Positions 15,420 to 29,874 of a stretch of DNA of 64,000 nucleotides are shown here, one piece after another (the first letter of the stretch is position 1; each line of letters starts with the position of its first letter). Position numbers and translations under genes: made by a program. Below the pieces are notes generated by a model. That model made no database searches. It was not told the origin of the DNA and was given only the letters and a program-made list of their open reading frames with translations. The DNA is from Eledone cirrhosa (taxonomy: Eukaryota), in the NCBI GenBank assembly GCA_964016885.1, contig OZ024743.1, positions 278,938,001 through 279,002,000 on the forward strand, written 5' to 3'.

Positions 15420-15463
<44 letters not shown>

Positions 15464-15567
15464 GTTGTGTGATTGTTGTGTGATTGTGTGTGTTTTTGCG
15501 CGTGTGTATGGGTGTATATATATATATCGCTCGCTATATATATACACACAGACAATGAGAAAATACG

Positions 15568-15600
<33 letters not shown>

Positions 15601-16284
15601 GGTCATTCTACTTCTTTATCTTCTTCCTTTTCTTCTTCTTCATCTGACTTATGAAAGTCGTGGCCTATTCAGATAAGCGCACAAATACGAGGGTCAGATG
15701 AGATGTTCATAAGCTGAAAACTTCACAGGCTAACCAAGATACTTTCATGGAATGACCAAATGAGATATATTTTTCAACATAGTTCCTGGAAAGGAATAAT
15801 GCGGTTATTAATAAGAAGAATATATGTTCGTGTTTATATTCTGAATAATCCACCACTTTCAGAAGAAACAATAATAATAATAATAATAATAATAATAATT
15901 GCAACAGCAGCAACAATAACAACGATAAAGATAATAAAACTGGAAGTGAATGAATATTGAAAGGCAGAGATAACGACAACGACGATGATGATGACGATGA
16001 CGAAGAAGAAGAAGAAGAAGAAGAAGAAGAAGAAGAAGAAGAAGAAGAAGAAGAAGAAGAAGAAGAAGAAGAAGAAGAAGAAGAAGAAGAATGATAATAA
16101 TATCTATGTGAAACAACATCGGACAAATCAATATTATGTATAACAATAATTTTAACAAGAACAAGAGCAAGATAGAAAAATGATATTTGTAGAGTCAATA
16201 TCACCAGAATCAGTAACAACAAAAATAACACAAACAAGGATAAAACAGTAAGACACATCCAGCATGAGAATACAGCTTATATTC

Positions 16285-16340
<56 letters not shown>

Positions 16341-16347
16341 ATGTGTG

Positions 16348-16389
<42 letters not shown>

Positions 16390-16446
16390 CATACATATCT
16401 ATCTGTGTGCATATATATGTGTGCGTACATACACACGCACACACAC

Positions 16447-16485
<39 letters not shown>

Positions 16486-16795
16486 TGTATTTGTATATGT
16501 ATTTGTGTGTGCAAAAGATGAAAATAACAAATGAAAAATATTAAATATAAATGTAGAAATATTAAAAGTATATAATATGAACGAAAGCAAAAAAATTCCA
16601 AACTGCTAAATATATAAGAAAAAATATATAGGAGGCAAAAACAATATGGACGAATAAACACAGAAATAAGATATCCTCTCTGTTTATGCAAAACCATCTA
16701 AGACCTTTCGTCTCCAACTGGTTTAATAGGCAGCCATGATAGGTACCTACGGGTATACGATGTGTGTATGCACCATAAAATCTACATTCCGTTGC

Positions 16796-16828
<33 letters not shown>

Positions 16829-16853
16829 TATATATATATATATATACACACAC

Positions 16854-16884
<31 letters not shown>

Positions 16885-19800
16885 TATATATATATATATA
16901 TACTTATATATATGTATATAAATATATGTATGTGTATATATATATATACTTATATATATGTATATATATATGTATGTGTGTATATATATATATATTTATA
17001 TATTTATATACAAGCATACATATATGTGTATACATATGTTTGTGTGTGTTTAGCAAAAGCAATCTATATTTGATATGCTTCATTTATTTTCATATGTACG
17101 GATCACTTATTTAAGTGTTATTTAGTGTCTAGTGGTTGTTGTTTGTAGATTATGGCAGGTCTGTAAACTTCGAGTTGCTTGCAGAAATGCTGTCCGTTAG
17201 CGCATGCGCTTGATTTTGTCTTGTGTACGTCTGTAAGTTTATCGAAATGTTAGTCTAACATGTATGTATGTATACGTGATCTTAACTCGTTCTCTTCCTC
17301 TCCTCCTTCTCGCCTTGTGTATCTACTTTCCCTCTGTCTTTCGTAGTGCATGTATGCAGTTATGTATGTATTCATGTATGTTTGTACGTATGTAAGTGTA
17401 TATGTGTATGTGCGTATTTATGTTTTTATCAATATGTTAATGTAGGTATGAATATATCTATGTACATATATTTATATGCATAATTGTTTGAACATGTATC
17501 TTTCTGCATGTGTGTTAATGTGTGTGCAAGTTTGGTGGTCTATCAGTGTGTAACCTGCTGTATATACTTCGTTATTAATGCGTAAACCTATAACTATGTA
17601 CACAGACAGATCGATATGACGAAACATTGCGCACTTCTAAAGACTTCATCATCGGTTTCCCTTGTACCTTGTTGCAAGAAATATATAAAGATGCTAAAGG
17701 ACCCATTAATAGGGATTAGAAAGCATATCGCAAACACTGATTTCATAGAAGTTACCATATTTCTTCATAAATTGCATATCATTTCTTAATCATTTCGTTA
17801 CTATATTTCTAATGAACAACTAACTGCCTATAATTATAAATTATTTTAACAATAAACTGGGAGTAATAATTGAAATATAATTAATTTCTCCATTATCAAG
17901 CTGGTGTTTGGAGCGTATGTTAAAAAAATGTCGAACACTAATTATGAGGCAAGCATTTTAGATAAATAAAAACATTATAAAGAAACAGTTTACTATGATA
18001 GAATCGGTGGTGCTTTCATGCGATTTTCTGACCTTACTTGCCGAAGACCTGGTCCTTTATTTCACATTTCAGGAAATATGTAAGAACATTTCGAATGGGA
18101 ATTTCAACAGATTAATCGGTAAGAAATATCACCAAGGGCTCATTCAGCGGAATAGAAATCGTATCACTAACGTATGGGTTTCCAGAAATTTCTCAGCGTC
18201 TTCATCAATATGAAGTGACAAATTATTATTTCCTATTTTCATCAGTTCCATGCGAGAATTTTCATTGAACCATCACATGGGTCATCGACTTTCGCCTATA
18301 CCTGTGGTCGATTAAATAATATCCAGTAATATATTTGCAAAAATCGATATAATCTCTGCAAGAATGAATAAAAAAAACACTATAAGTGAGAGTTATGAAG
18401 CATCTCAAATATCAGGTTAAATTCGCATCAAATGGTGTACAAATATTTACTTCTATTCCAACGCCCACCAAAGTCAATTTCACCTTTCATCATTCCAAGA
18501 GCGATGAATTAACAAGACTTGCTAAAGAAGATTCTATTCACTTCAGAATATCTCTATCCTTAAAAAATCTGTAGACTTCATGTTTGAGTGGTAAAACGTT
18601 CTAAAATCGCCTCTCCATTACTACACTTCTAAATGGTATTGCAGTAACAAATACATATTTTTTACCCACATCGTTCATTGTGGCAAATGATGCCCAAGCA
18701 ACTGATGCTGCTCTGATACATTATTTTTAACTACATAAACATAAATACATGCAATTGGTTATAGAATAACAAATAACAAGATTATACATGATCATGTATA
18801 TATGTGGTCAACATGGCAGCCAAATTGAAAAAATATTAGGATGCAATATATATAATTACTGATGGGTACAAGTATTTACATTAAATATGGATATAGTAGT
18901 AAGTTCAAAATTATGTATACGTGTTGTAAAATTTGGAGTTAACTTAGAAGTGTAGCAGAAAATCTAAGTGTATAAATCTAATTAAAAATAGATATAATGT
19001 CATAGTAGATATAGGGGTTACAGCTTGGTCGGAGACATTTGTGAACTATTTAGTAATGACGGGAATCAATTATTTCTTAATGTTGGTTGAGAATGGATAT
19101 CTTTGCAAAGAGAATGTTACAGTTTTCACTGTACAGGTGTTGTACTGTTTTATGTTCGCTGCCTTAAACTTGGCTTTAGATAGTATTTTCTATTGAAATT
19201 GTACGGCATGTTTGTATTTCTTAAACTATGTATGAAAATGCAGCGCTAGGTGACATAACTTCTGTTGGGCGATTTCAAATGAATTAAAGTATTGATCGAA
19301 TCGAAAATTAAAATTTACTATAGTGACTATGTTGAAAAAGAGTGTTTCTAAATTAAAATTAAAAATAATTTAACTAGATGAGAAGCTACACATTAGTTCA
19401 TGAGGGGATTATATCAACTAATGGTACTTTTTCTATTTCTATGACATGCAATTTTTATATTGTCTCTGGATATGGAATTTTAATTAAATCAATATTAGAG
19501 TGAGTGTTAATGTAATATTTGAAGAATAAATACCGATATGTACACTAGCAGAAATCCGATTATAATATATTCGACTAAATTGTTAATAACATTCATGTGG
19601 TAATTCTAATTATTTATGCATTTATTATAAATGCTGTTATAACTATGAAAGATGTTTACATCGAATATCCTGTCAAAGGTAAGGTTCGTATTATATTGTC
19701 TAAAAATATAGGTATATATTTTTTTTTTTTGGGGGGGGGGTGTTATCAATAAGTTAATGAAGGAGACATAATGTCTAAAAAGACCAGACACCAATGTGAT

Positions 19801-20459
19801 CTAATTTGGTTTTATAATCGGGATAGTAAAATTAAACACGAATTTACTCATTTCAACAAGTTCATGCGTCCCCAAGCTTAATTTAAAAGTATTATTGAAT
19901 TGCTTTATAATTCACATAAAAGTATCATGATTTACTGTAAATGTTATCACTTGTTCTATTTTATGTACTTCTGAATCACTAATCTTGGTAAAATATCTAG
20001 TGAAAACAAGGGTATTTACAACCAGCTTTTTAGTAATTGAAGCTTAATCAAATTTGGGGGAGAATTGTAGAAATGGAGAGCTGTTTTATTACGTATATAT
20101 TTGGACAAAGAAATTATATGGGCTTGATTAACAATATACAGATGATGCCGCCTGAAATTTAGGGCACATATGCATATACTTAATAAAATGCTTTCGTATC
20201 ATTTAGTGAAACTGATTAATTTTATTGATGTCTTATTTTTAAAATTCGCTTTAAGTTCTATTTAGGAGAAAATGGTTCATGTTTAAGAGAAATATCGGAG
20301 CTGAAATAATCATTTGACTATGGGTACACAATATTAAAATATTTTCATTCTTAACACTTTGGGATTTGACATGATGAAGAACTAAAGAGGATAGTTCATG
20401 AAGACATATTTATTATTTTGAATCGCGATAATTCTGTTCATGTATATATATGTATATGT

Positions 20460-20821
20460 GTCTGATGGTAGCTAAGATGCTTCCATAAGCGGTATGCCGG
20501 TTGAACACTCTATGCTCTTACAGAGGAGAGTATGATATAATATAAAACGAAAAATCAGTGATGCATCTGAACTCAATTTATTGTGTGTTACGATTGTTTC
20601 GCCGGCGAACAGCTCAAGACACGATCATTGTGTGGATCTGTATGATTCTGGCTCTGCAGGATAGACTGACACGTCTAATGATTTCGGAGCAAATTCTCCG
20701 TCGAACCTGCAGATCCAGAATCAGACAGATCCACACAATGATCGTGTCTCGAGTTGTCCGCCGGCGAAACAATTGTAACACACAATAAATTGAGTTCAGA
20801 TGCATCACTGACTTTTCGTTT

Positions 20822-20831
<10 letters not shown>
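20460..20831 (-). mobile_element. Fold-back cassette, same family as 47495-47801
   Basis: Arms 20535-20660 / 20706-20831 (126 bp, imperfect), tail 20460-20534, TA-rich flanks. Contains GAAA-CAATTG-TA hammerhead 3' half. Confidence 0.8.
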
Positions 20832-20869
<38 letters not shown>

Positions 20870-21037
20870 GCATGCACAGATTATAATAAAATTTAATACG
20901 GTAAGTCTCCCACTCGCCCCCCCCCCCCATATATATATATATATAGTCATTATTTTAAATAATTCACGTTTCACATGATAGGATTAAAGTCATAGGTAGT
21001 AGGAATATTTCGTTATAGTTTCAACCATTATATAGAT

Positions 21038-21137
<100 letters not shown>

Positions 21138-21349
21138 CATGATTAGTTCTTTCGTTACTTTGGTATGGTATGGTTGGGTTTTTTGCTACCGCAATTTTCA
21201 ATTTGTCAAGCTATTTAAACGTATGTTATTACTCTAAGGAGCTACCCTTATTGAGTGCTTTGCTGCTCATTCCTTATTGTAGCTCGACTTTGCTTGGCCA
21301 GAGCCAAAGCTTGGATCTTACTAAGCTTCCACTTATATATATATATATA

Positions 21350-21650
<301 letters not shown>

Positions 21651-21963
21651 TATATATATATATGTATGTAGACAAATATACCAAAATATACGGTAGTGTC
21701 CAAACCGTATGAAGAACTCAATGTAATCCAAATATCATGAAAAAAGAAGATGTATTCAAAAATGTTTTCGATGAAAATCACAGGAAAACAGAGTCAAGAT
21801 AAATTAATAAAAACAAAGAAACAGTTCCTTATATTAAAAAATTAATCATTTTACGATCGTTTCTAGGATATATATGTGTGTGTTGGTATGTATATCATAT
21901 AGATCTATGTAAAAAATGTTCAAACTATATCCTACACATATATATGCTGTCTTCAGAAATAAT

Positions 21964-22149
21964 TGTTTATACTTTAGGCACAAGGCTAGCAATTACCCAG
22001 TGCATTATTGGTACTTTATTTCATCGACCCCGTAAGGATGAAAGGCAAAGTCCACCTCGGCAGGATTTGAACTCAGATCGTAAAGGGACGTAACTATGCT
22101 GGAAAGCATGGTGTCTGACCCTCTACCGATACTTGCCAATCCACCGCTA
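21964..22149 (-). mobile_element. Deu/Nin-type SINE inserted with 14-bp TSD
   Basis: TSD TCTTCAGAAATAAT at 21950-21963 and 22150-22163. The mirror arm at ~24817-24830 has a single uninterrupted copy. Confidence 0.9.
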
Positions 22150-22934
22150 TCTTCAGAAATAATGATATTCGTTTATTGAAAAAAACAACAAAGATTTAAT
22201 ATAATAGGTCTGTTTGGGAACAGGTTTTGAATTGACCAATAGAAAAGTAGTAAGTGGTCAAGTTGATAGAACAGTAGTAGTAGAAATTTAATTTAGGGGT
22301 AGAGGAATGCAGACTTCAGTTTTGAATGGAAAGGATACTTTGAATGAAAAGATAACATTGGGGATGAAAAGAGGTCAAGCCGGTAAAAGGTACACGAAAA
22401 TTTGATGTTATTAAAGAATAACGCTAATGTTAAAATCGAAGGAGAATAAAATTTTAGGATAAATGTGTTAGTGAGAAATACCAATCTTATTTAAAACATA
22501 AGAATTTAGATCTATAAAAAGAAATTAAATTAATTTAATTGATAGGTATACTTATAGGGATAAATTTATATTAATTCATATAGATGTGATAAATAAGAGT
22601 TAGATGTTATTAAAAAATGTTGTTAAAAAATTTTTTTTCTGGGGGGAGGATAAATGTATTAGTGAGAAATAACAAACTTATATACCAACTTAAAACCTAA
22701 TTTCTCTACCTTTTCTCATATACAATATAATAACTTTCAAAAAACCATTCATCCTAATTTTCCAATATATGTTAATAACATTACTAACAAAATTCCTAAT
22801 AATCAGACTAAAACACCTAAATCAGTGAATCGAACTAAACATATTAGTTAGTATTAGTATTAGAGTGTTAGTATTAGTGAATAAATTCACTAATCTCTTA
22901 GTAAACATCAGGATACATCGTATAAAAATAAAAA

Positions 22935-23733
22935 AAAACAGCATCGAAACCGTAATAGGCGAGTTACTTGGTATAATGCTCCATTTAATCTACAAATTAA
23001 AGATAATATCAAAAAAAATTTTTTTACTATCCTACAAAAAATCTTCCCGCCAAACCATAAATACCATCAAATTTTAAATAGATCAACGGTCAAATTCTCC
23101 TACTCCACTACCAAAAATATACAACAAAATATAAGTGCCTACAATGCATATAAATGTAAAATAAACCATGAATATACCACCAACACATAAAAAAACCATA
23201 ATACTAAAATAAACCGCAGCAAACCACCATATCCTTCACATACAACAAGTCGAGTAAATTCCACACCTAATTTGACTAACTCCCCTGATATAATATTCAC
23301 GAATGGTTGTAACTGTAGAAACAAAGCAAATTGCCCATTAAAAGGAAGTTGCCTTATTAATAACATAGTATATAAATGTAAAATTAGCACTAAGGACTCA
23401 ATTTATTCATATATAGGAGCTACTTCTAACCAATTTAAAGTAAGATTTAATACCCACAAACACAGTTTTAAAAATGCCGCATTAACTAATACAACATCAT
23501 TGGCTGAAATAATTAATAATTATAGAAAAAAGAATATCGATTATAACCTGGCCTGGAGTATGCTCAAAAGGGCCACCTCTTATCAAAATAACAGATATGA
23601 ATGTAGATTATGTTCCCAGGAACTTTTTGAAATAATGAAATCTAAGGATATCCTATTAAATAAGCGACAAGAATTAATTATATCGTGCAATCATAGAATT
23701 AGAAGAACTTTCAAATATTTTAAACCTAATTAA
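22935..23733 (+). pseudogene. C-terminal part of a Penelope-like ORF: linker and GIY-YIG endonuclease (possibly Naiad-type)
   Basis: Open 153-aa segment CNCRNKANCPLKGSC...IVY...YIGAT...FKVRFNTHKHSF...CRLC...LNKRQE...SCNH. The upstream disrupted frame reads RNRRVTWYNAPF...FPPNHKYHQILNRSTVKFSYS, typical of PLE linkers. Confidence 0.85.
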
Positions 23734-24814
23734 TATACACTTATATTTTACAAATTATTATAATTAGTTTTTTTTTTATTTAGTTAACCATTAATTAGTA
23801 TTTTACTACTGAGAACTTCATAATTTTATTTCCCTTTCACAGCTATCTTTTCCTAAAATTAATACCTATAAGTATACATATAAACTATTTAATTTCCTCT
23901 TATGAATCTAAATTCTTTGTAGTCTATATAAGTTTGTTATTTCTCACTAATACATCTATCACGCCCCCCCCCCAAAAAAAAAAGAAATGTAGCATTATTC
24001 CAAGTAACTCGTCTATTACGGTTTCGATGTTGTTTTTTTATTTTTATACGATTTATCCTGATGTTTACTAAGAGAGTTAGTATTAGTGAATTTATTCACT
24101 AATACTAACTCTCTAATTTATTCACTAATACTAACTCTCTAATACTAATACTAACTAATATGTTTAGTTCGATTCACTGATTTAGGTGTTTTAGTCTGAT
24201 TATTAGGAATGTTGTTAGTAATGTTATTAACATATATTGGAGTATTAGGATGAATGGTTTTTTGAAAGTTATTATATTGTATATGAGAAGAGGTAGAGAA
24301 ATTAAGTTTTAAGTTGGTATATGTTTGTTATTTCTCCCCCCAAAAAATATTTTAACAACATTCTTTAATAACATCTAACTCTTATTTATCACATCTATAT
24401 GAATTAATATAAATTTATCCCTATAAGTATACCTATCAATTAAATTAATTTAATTTCTTTTTATAGATCTAAATTCCTTATGTTTTAAATAAGATTGGTA
24501 TTTCTCACTAACACATTTATCCTAAAATTTTATTCTCCTTCGATTTTAACATTAGCGTTATTCTTTAATAACATCAAATTTTCGTGTACCTTTTACCGGC
24601 TTGACCTCTTTTTATCCCCAAAGTTATCTTTTCATTCAAAGTAATCTTTCCATTCAAAACTGAAGTCTGCATTCCTCTACCCCTAAATTAAATTTCTACT
24701 ACTACTATTTTATCAACTTGTCCACTTACTACTTTTCTATTGGTCAATTCAAAACCTGTTCCCAAACAGACCTATTATATTAAATCTTTGTTGGTTTTTT
24801 TCAATAAACAAATA

Positions 24815-24952
24815 TCATTATTTCTGAAGACAGCATATATATGTGTAGGTATGTATATTCCCTCTGATAGTTTGTAAAATTTTCACATAGATCTATATGA
24901 TATACATACCAACACACACATATATATCCTAGAAACGATCGTAAAATGATGA
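24815..24952 (+). ncRNA. Type I hammerhead ribozyme with very long stem II
   Basis: Stem I TCATTATTT/AAATGATGA, CTGAAGA (24824-30), ~100-nt stem II, GAAA (24932-35), palindromic stem III CGATCG, GUA triplet. Confidence 0.8.
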
Positions 24953-25005
24953 ATTTTTAATATAAGGAACTGTTTCTTTGTTTTTATTCATTGTTTGTAT
25001 TAATT

Positions 25006-25127
<122 letters not shown>

Positions 25128-25299
25128 ATAGAATATAAAAGAAAAACGAACACAGATATATAGATATATGTGTTCAAATCGTAAGGGACCTGATTCGCTA
25201 AGGTGAAAAGAATACTAACTATAGACAATTTGGTTCGCTTGTCTCAATTTAAGAAAACATTAAGAAAATAAATACAAACCAGAATTGTGGTAACTACCA

Positions 25300-25377
25300 A
25301 TCACCCAGACAACTTGTTGTTGTTTCGCAAAGTTAATTGTGAATAGAAATACTAATCCAAGCTCATCAGTGGATGAT
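25300..25377 (-). ncRNA. Canonical type I hammerhead ribozyme
   Basis: Minus strand ATCATCCA-CTGATGA-GC...GC-GAAA-CAAC(AACAA)GTTG-TC-TGGGTGAT: intact core, 8-bp stem I, true hairpin stem III, GUC site. Confidence 0.85.
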
Positions 25378-25795
25378 GAATTAGTACCACAATTCCGGTT
25401 TGTATTTATTTGCTTAATTTTATCTTAAATTGAGACAAGCAAACCCAATTGTCTATAGTTAGTATTCTTTTCACCTTTGCGAATCTGGTCCCTTACGATT
25501 TGAACACATATATCTATATATCTGAGTTCGTTTTTCTTTTATATTCTATTATAATATACGGCTCAGAAATATCTCTTTCTTAGAGCTATTTTGTTGTAAG
25601 AGACTATTTTGAGTTCCTAACTCAATATATACCTTTAATATATTCGGATCTGTTAATTTGTTGACCTATTTCAAATGTCGAGTAAATCTGGCTGCTATTT
25701 TTAGTGGTGTGGGTTTGTGAGACTCGCTGGGGTGCCATGTGCGCTGTTTTATATTTTATATATAGCATACATAGATGTGTCTAGGATACTAATTC

Positions 25796-25873
25796 ATCAC
25801 CCATTGATGAGCTTCGATTAGTATTTCTATTCACAATTAACTTTGCGAAACAACAACAAGTTGTCTGGGTGAT
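25796..25873 (+). ncRNA. Second copy of the hammerhead (core C>T, TTGATGA)
   Basis: ATCACCCA-TTGATGA-GC...GC-GAAA-CAAC..GTTG-TC-TGGGTGAT. Confidence 0.7.
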
Positions 25874-26149
25874 TGGTAGTTACCACAATTCCGGTTTGTA
25901 TTTATTTTCTTAATTTTTTCTTAAATTGGGACAAGCGAACCAAATTGTCTATAGTTAGTATTCTTTTCACCTTAGCGAATCAGGTCCCTTACGATTTGAA
26001 CACATATATGTATATATCTGTGTTCGTTTTTCTTTTATATTCTATTATAATATACGGCTCAGAAATATCTCTTTCTTAGAGCTATTTTGTTGTAAGAGAC
26101 TATTTTGAGTTCCTAACTCAATATATAGCTTTAATATATATATATCTAT

Positions 26150-26447
26150 AGGGGATAACAAAATTTCGTTATAGGTAATCCAGTTAGAGGTTGTGAATAC
26201 TTCGTATTATGGATAGTTTTAGCGTACGGCGTTGTTTGACTCAACAAGAGGTTTACGTAGGTGGCGAGTTTATGAGTTCACTTGTATTCCTATGTAAGTT
26301 TATCTTGGAGTAATAATATTGAAAAAGTGAAGAATAACATGGTCAACAGTACAAACAAGGGTTTTACTTACAGTCTGACAATTGTTTCACTGATTAAGTT
26401 GTCAGACTGTAAATAAAACCCTTGTTTGTACTGTTGACCATGTTATT

Positions 26448-26454
<7 letters not shown>
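26150..26454 (-). mobile_element. Fold-back cassette truncated inside a hammerhead
   Basis: Arms 26326-26381 / 26399-26454, 17-nt spacer. Minus strand reads GAAA-CAATTG-TC-AGACTG at the fold point. Tail to the left. Confidence 0.7.
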
Positions 26455-26483
<29 letters not shown>

Positions 26484-26499
26484 CCTCTCTCTCTCTCTC

Positions 26500-26556
<57 letters not shown>

Positions 26557-26558
<2 letters not shown>

Positions 26559-26955
26559 ACTTGATCGGTAACTACTGAGCCGCAGGTTTTATATCGGAGT
26601 TATCCCAGTTTCCTGAGTTGCCTTCTCCTAGAAGAATGCCCTGACAAAGGCTAGGGGTCCTTCACTACCAGTGGTTTAACCGCGCGGTACATGTGTATAT
26701 ACATATTTACACACTTTCGGATGACCGTTGACTCTTATGAGTACTTCCGCCATTTGTCAGGTTTTGTTTTTTGTCCTGCAGGGTGTCTAAAATCCTCCTC
26801 CTGACCATGTAAACTTGGTGGGGTTGTCGGTTTAGTCTTTCCTCACTTTAAAAAATATCTTCAAGCACAGGTATTGCACGATAGACTTAATTAATAATTA
26901 TTAATAATGGTATATCGGGCAATGGCCATACTCGATAACGAGGGGGCAGCCATCA
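26557..26955. mobile_element. Mosaic, internally inverted copy of the short RTE-derived elements
   Basis: 26557-26688 matches 31850-31970, 26710-26840 resembles 39295-39415, and 26840-26955 is the reverse complement of 31663-31785. Confidence 0.6.
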
Positions 26956-27344
26956 CACACACATATATATATATATATATATGTATTCAACATAGAAGTC
27001 AATCTCATTATAAATATCGATTATCGTTCTGCCATATTTATTAGAAGACTATGTGGAATCCGTTACCATTTGCGTAGTAAAATTAACTTAATCGTCATTG
27101 GAAAATAGTTTTAAATTGTGTACAGAAATCTATAGGGTGAATAAATATGGAATATATTGAATTGGTTTGCAGTGTTACATTAGAGCAATTGGATATAAAT
27201 ATTGGATTTCGTATTGTTATATTTATTCGGATATTTGTGTATTATATATGTAAATATAGATGTATATATACATATATATATATGTGTGTGTGTGTATATA
27301 TATGTGTGTGTGTATATATATATATATATCTATATAGATATATG

Positions 27345-27418
<74 letters not shown>

Positions 27419-27533
27419 TATACACACATATATTTATATACACACATATATATATATATATATATATACATATATATACACACACACATATATATATATA
27501 TTTATATACACATATATATGAGGTCCTGACACT

Positions 27534-27602
<69 letters not shown>

Positions 27603-28936
27603 CATATATGTATGTATGTGTGTGTGTGTGTGTGTGTGTTTGTGTGATTGAGTAGTATTTTTGGCAGAATCTATAGAATTCCAGTTAACCTATAGGATGG
27701 GTCAACATGTTTGCTGGTGTTGCTGAGAATAGTTCATTTCAAACTTATCTATGGATGTGTCACTGTATGTATTTACTTACGTACGTAGATATGTTTGTAT
27801 CAATGTATGTATGTTCGCATTTATGTTTATATACACTATAATTTTGTCGATTCTATACATACACGCGTAAGAAGTTCAAATGTTAAAATAATGCAAACAA
27901 CAATTTGTTGTGTATTTCTCTATATACACTCTAACATACACAGATACTCACACACGCACACATTCGCTCATGCGTACTCACTGGCTCAAAGACACGTGCA
28001 CATGCACAAACATATATACGTCTGTATGTTGAAACGAAACAAAAGATCGCTCCATATTTGAGGAATAATATTTATATTATAACATTCGGATATTCCCTCT
28101 TTGTTGCTCTGATTTCCACATGTTATCAGACAGAGAAGCACGGAAACGTGGACCCGAGTAGGACTGCACATTACAGGTTACATGATCGGATATATCGAGA
28201 CCTCAGGAGTACTTGGACCCCATACAGCCGAGCTCCTCTGCAGGATAGGAACGTCGGCGGCCCGTATGAGGACGCAGCCCTGCGAGGTTGGGTGGCTGTT
28301 GTAGCGAGTGTCACTGGCCATTGTCCGCTTGGATGCTTTCGTGGTGCATCCCTTCTGCGCCTTTTCTTCTGCGACACCAGAGTTCTTGCTATCCCCTCCC
28401 CTTTCAGTTCTTTTTTTTCTTTTTTTTCTTTTTTACCTACTCATTCTTTTCTTTTATTTTCCTTTTCTTTCTTTATTATTAATGTTATTATTGTTGTCCT
28501 TATTATTTTTATTATTACTGTAAATAAAATATTACCGGCTAGGAGAAAGAAATAATTGTATAAATGTGATATTCCTGAAAATAAGGCCTGTTTTACATGA
28601 CTGTACTGGAATACCTATATTTAATGGTGGCCTAAGAATCATATTACATTACCGTATTAAATCAGATGTTTATGTTATTGACTGTTCGATCTACAAATAA
28701 AAATAAATATATGAGGCAAATCACCCATTGATGGATCCTACTGACTATTGAAACTAAAATCAATTGATTTTATTTACCAACATTTGACTTGTGTGTAAAT
28801 GAATATATAAACCGAATAATATATCTTAATATGCATTGTATATTTAAAAAGACACACACACAATCACACACACACGCACATATTTCATACATATACCTGC
28901 ATACTTACCCCACCCGTATATATATATATATATATA

Positions 28937-29008
<72 letters not shown>

Positions 29009-29082
29009 TATATATATATATATATATATGCATATATATATGTATATATATGCATATATATATATATATGCATATATATATG

Positions 29083-29165
<83 letters not shown>

Positions 29166-29204
29166 GCATATATATATATATATGCATATATATATATGTA
29201 TATA

Positions 29205-29264
<60 letters not shown>

Positions 29265-29618
29265 TATATATATGCATACACGCACAAACATATATATATA
29301 TATGTACGTATATTGTGTGTTTGTGTTGTGACTGTCTGGAATGGATAATGATTTTATTCATTTTTTTCCCGTCACAACTCGTTATATCCACAGTTTTATT
29401 TAACTATTTCATAGTCAATATGCGTTCTAATACCACATTTAAATATATAAGCATATCAAATAAGTGTTTCATTGAACGGGTTTAAATGATATACAAGCCT
29501 ACAGACGAGGATATAACTTTGTTCGAAAATCGATTAAATTTTTTTTACCAGTTTTCCAATTTACAGGAAAATTCCTATTTTCTTTCGTGCTTAAATGCCT
29601 ACACATTTTAAATTTGTA

Positions 29619-29688
<70 letters not shown>

Positions 29689-29805
29689 CGCATTCTCGCT
29701 TACCCAGTCCGTATATATACAGATATAACTTATCGCACTCTAGGGCTGCTTAGCGCACTTCTGAACTTCTGAATATATATTTATATATATGTATATATAT
29801 TTAGT

Positions 29806-29874
<69 letters not shown>

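Larger units (their letters stand above)
21660..24990. mobile_element. Rearranged 5'-truncated Penelope-like element with ~1-kb inverted repeats
   Basis: ~21810-22986 is the reverse complement of ~23986-24990 once the SINE insertion is removed. The spacer holds a GIY-YIG ORF, and a hammerhead lies near the outer ends. Confidence 0.85.

Noticed and set aside
20558-20808. Two near-identical short ORFs on opposite strands (MMHLNSIYCVL...)
   Set aside because: By-product of the DNA palindrome; the homolog at 47.6 kb does not preserve the ORF.
28058-28555. 165-aa ORF over a GC-richer patch
   Set aside because: No recognisable domain; the C-terminus is low-complexity. May be a decayed LINE 3' end, but I cannot support a call.
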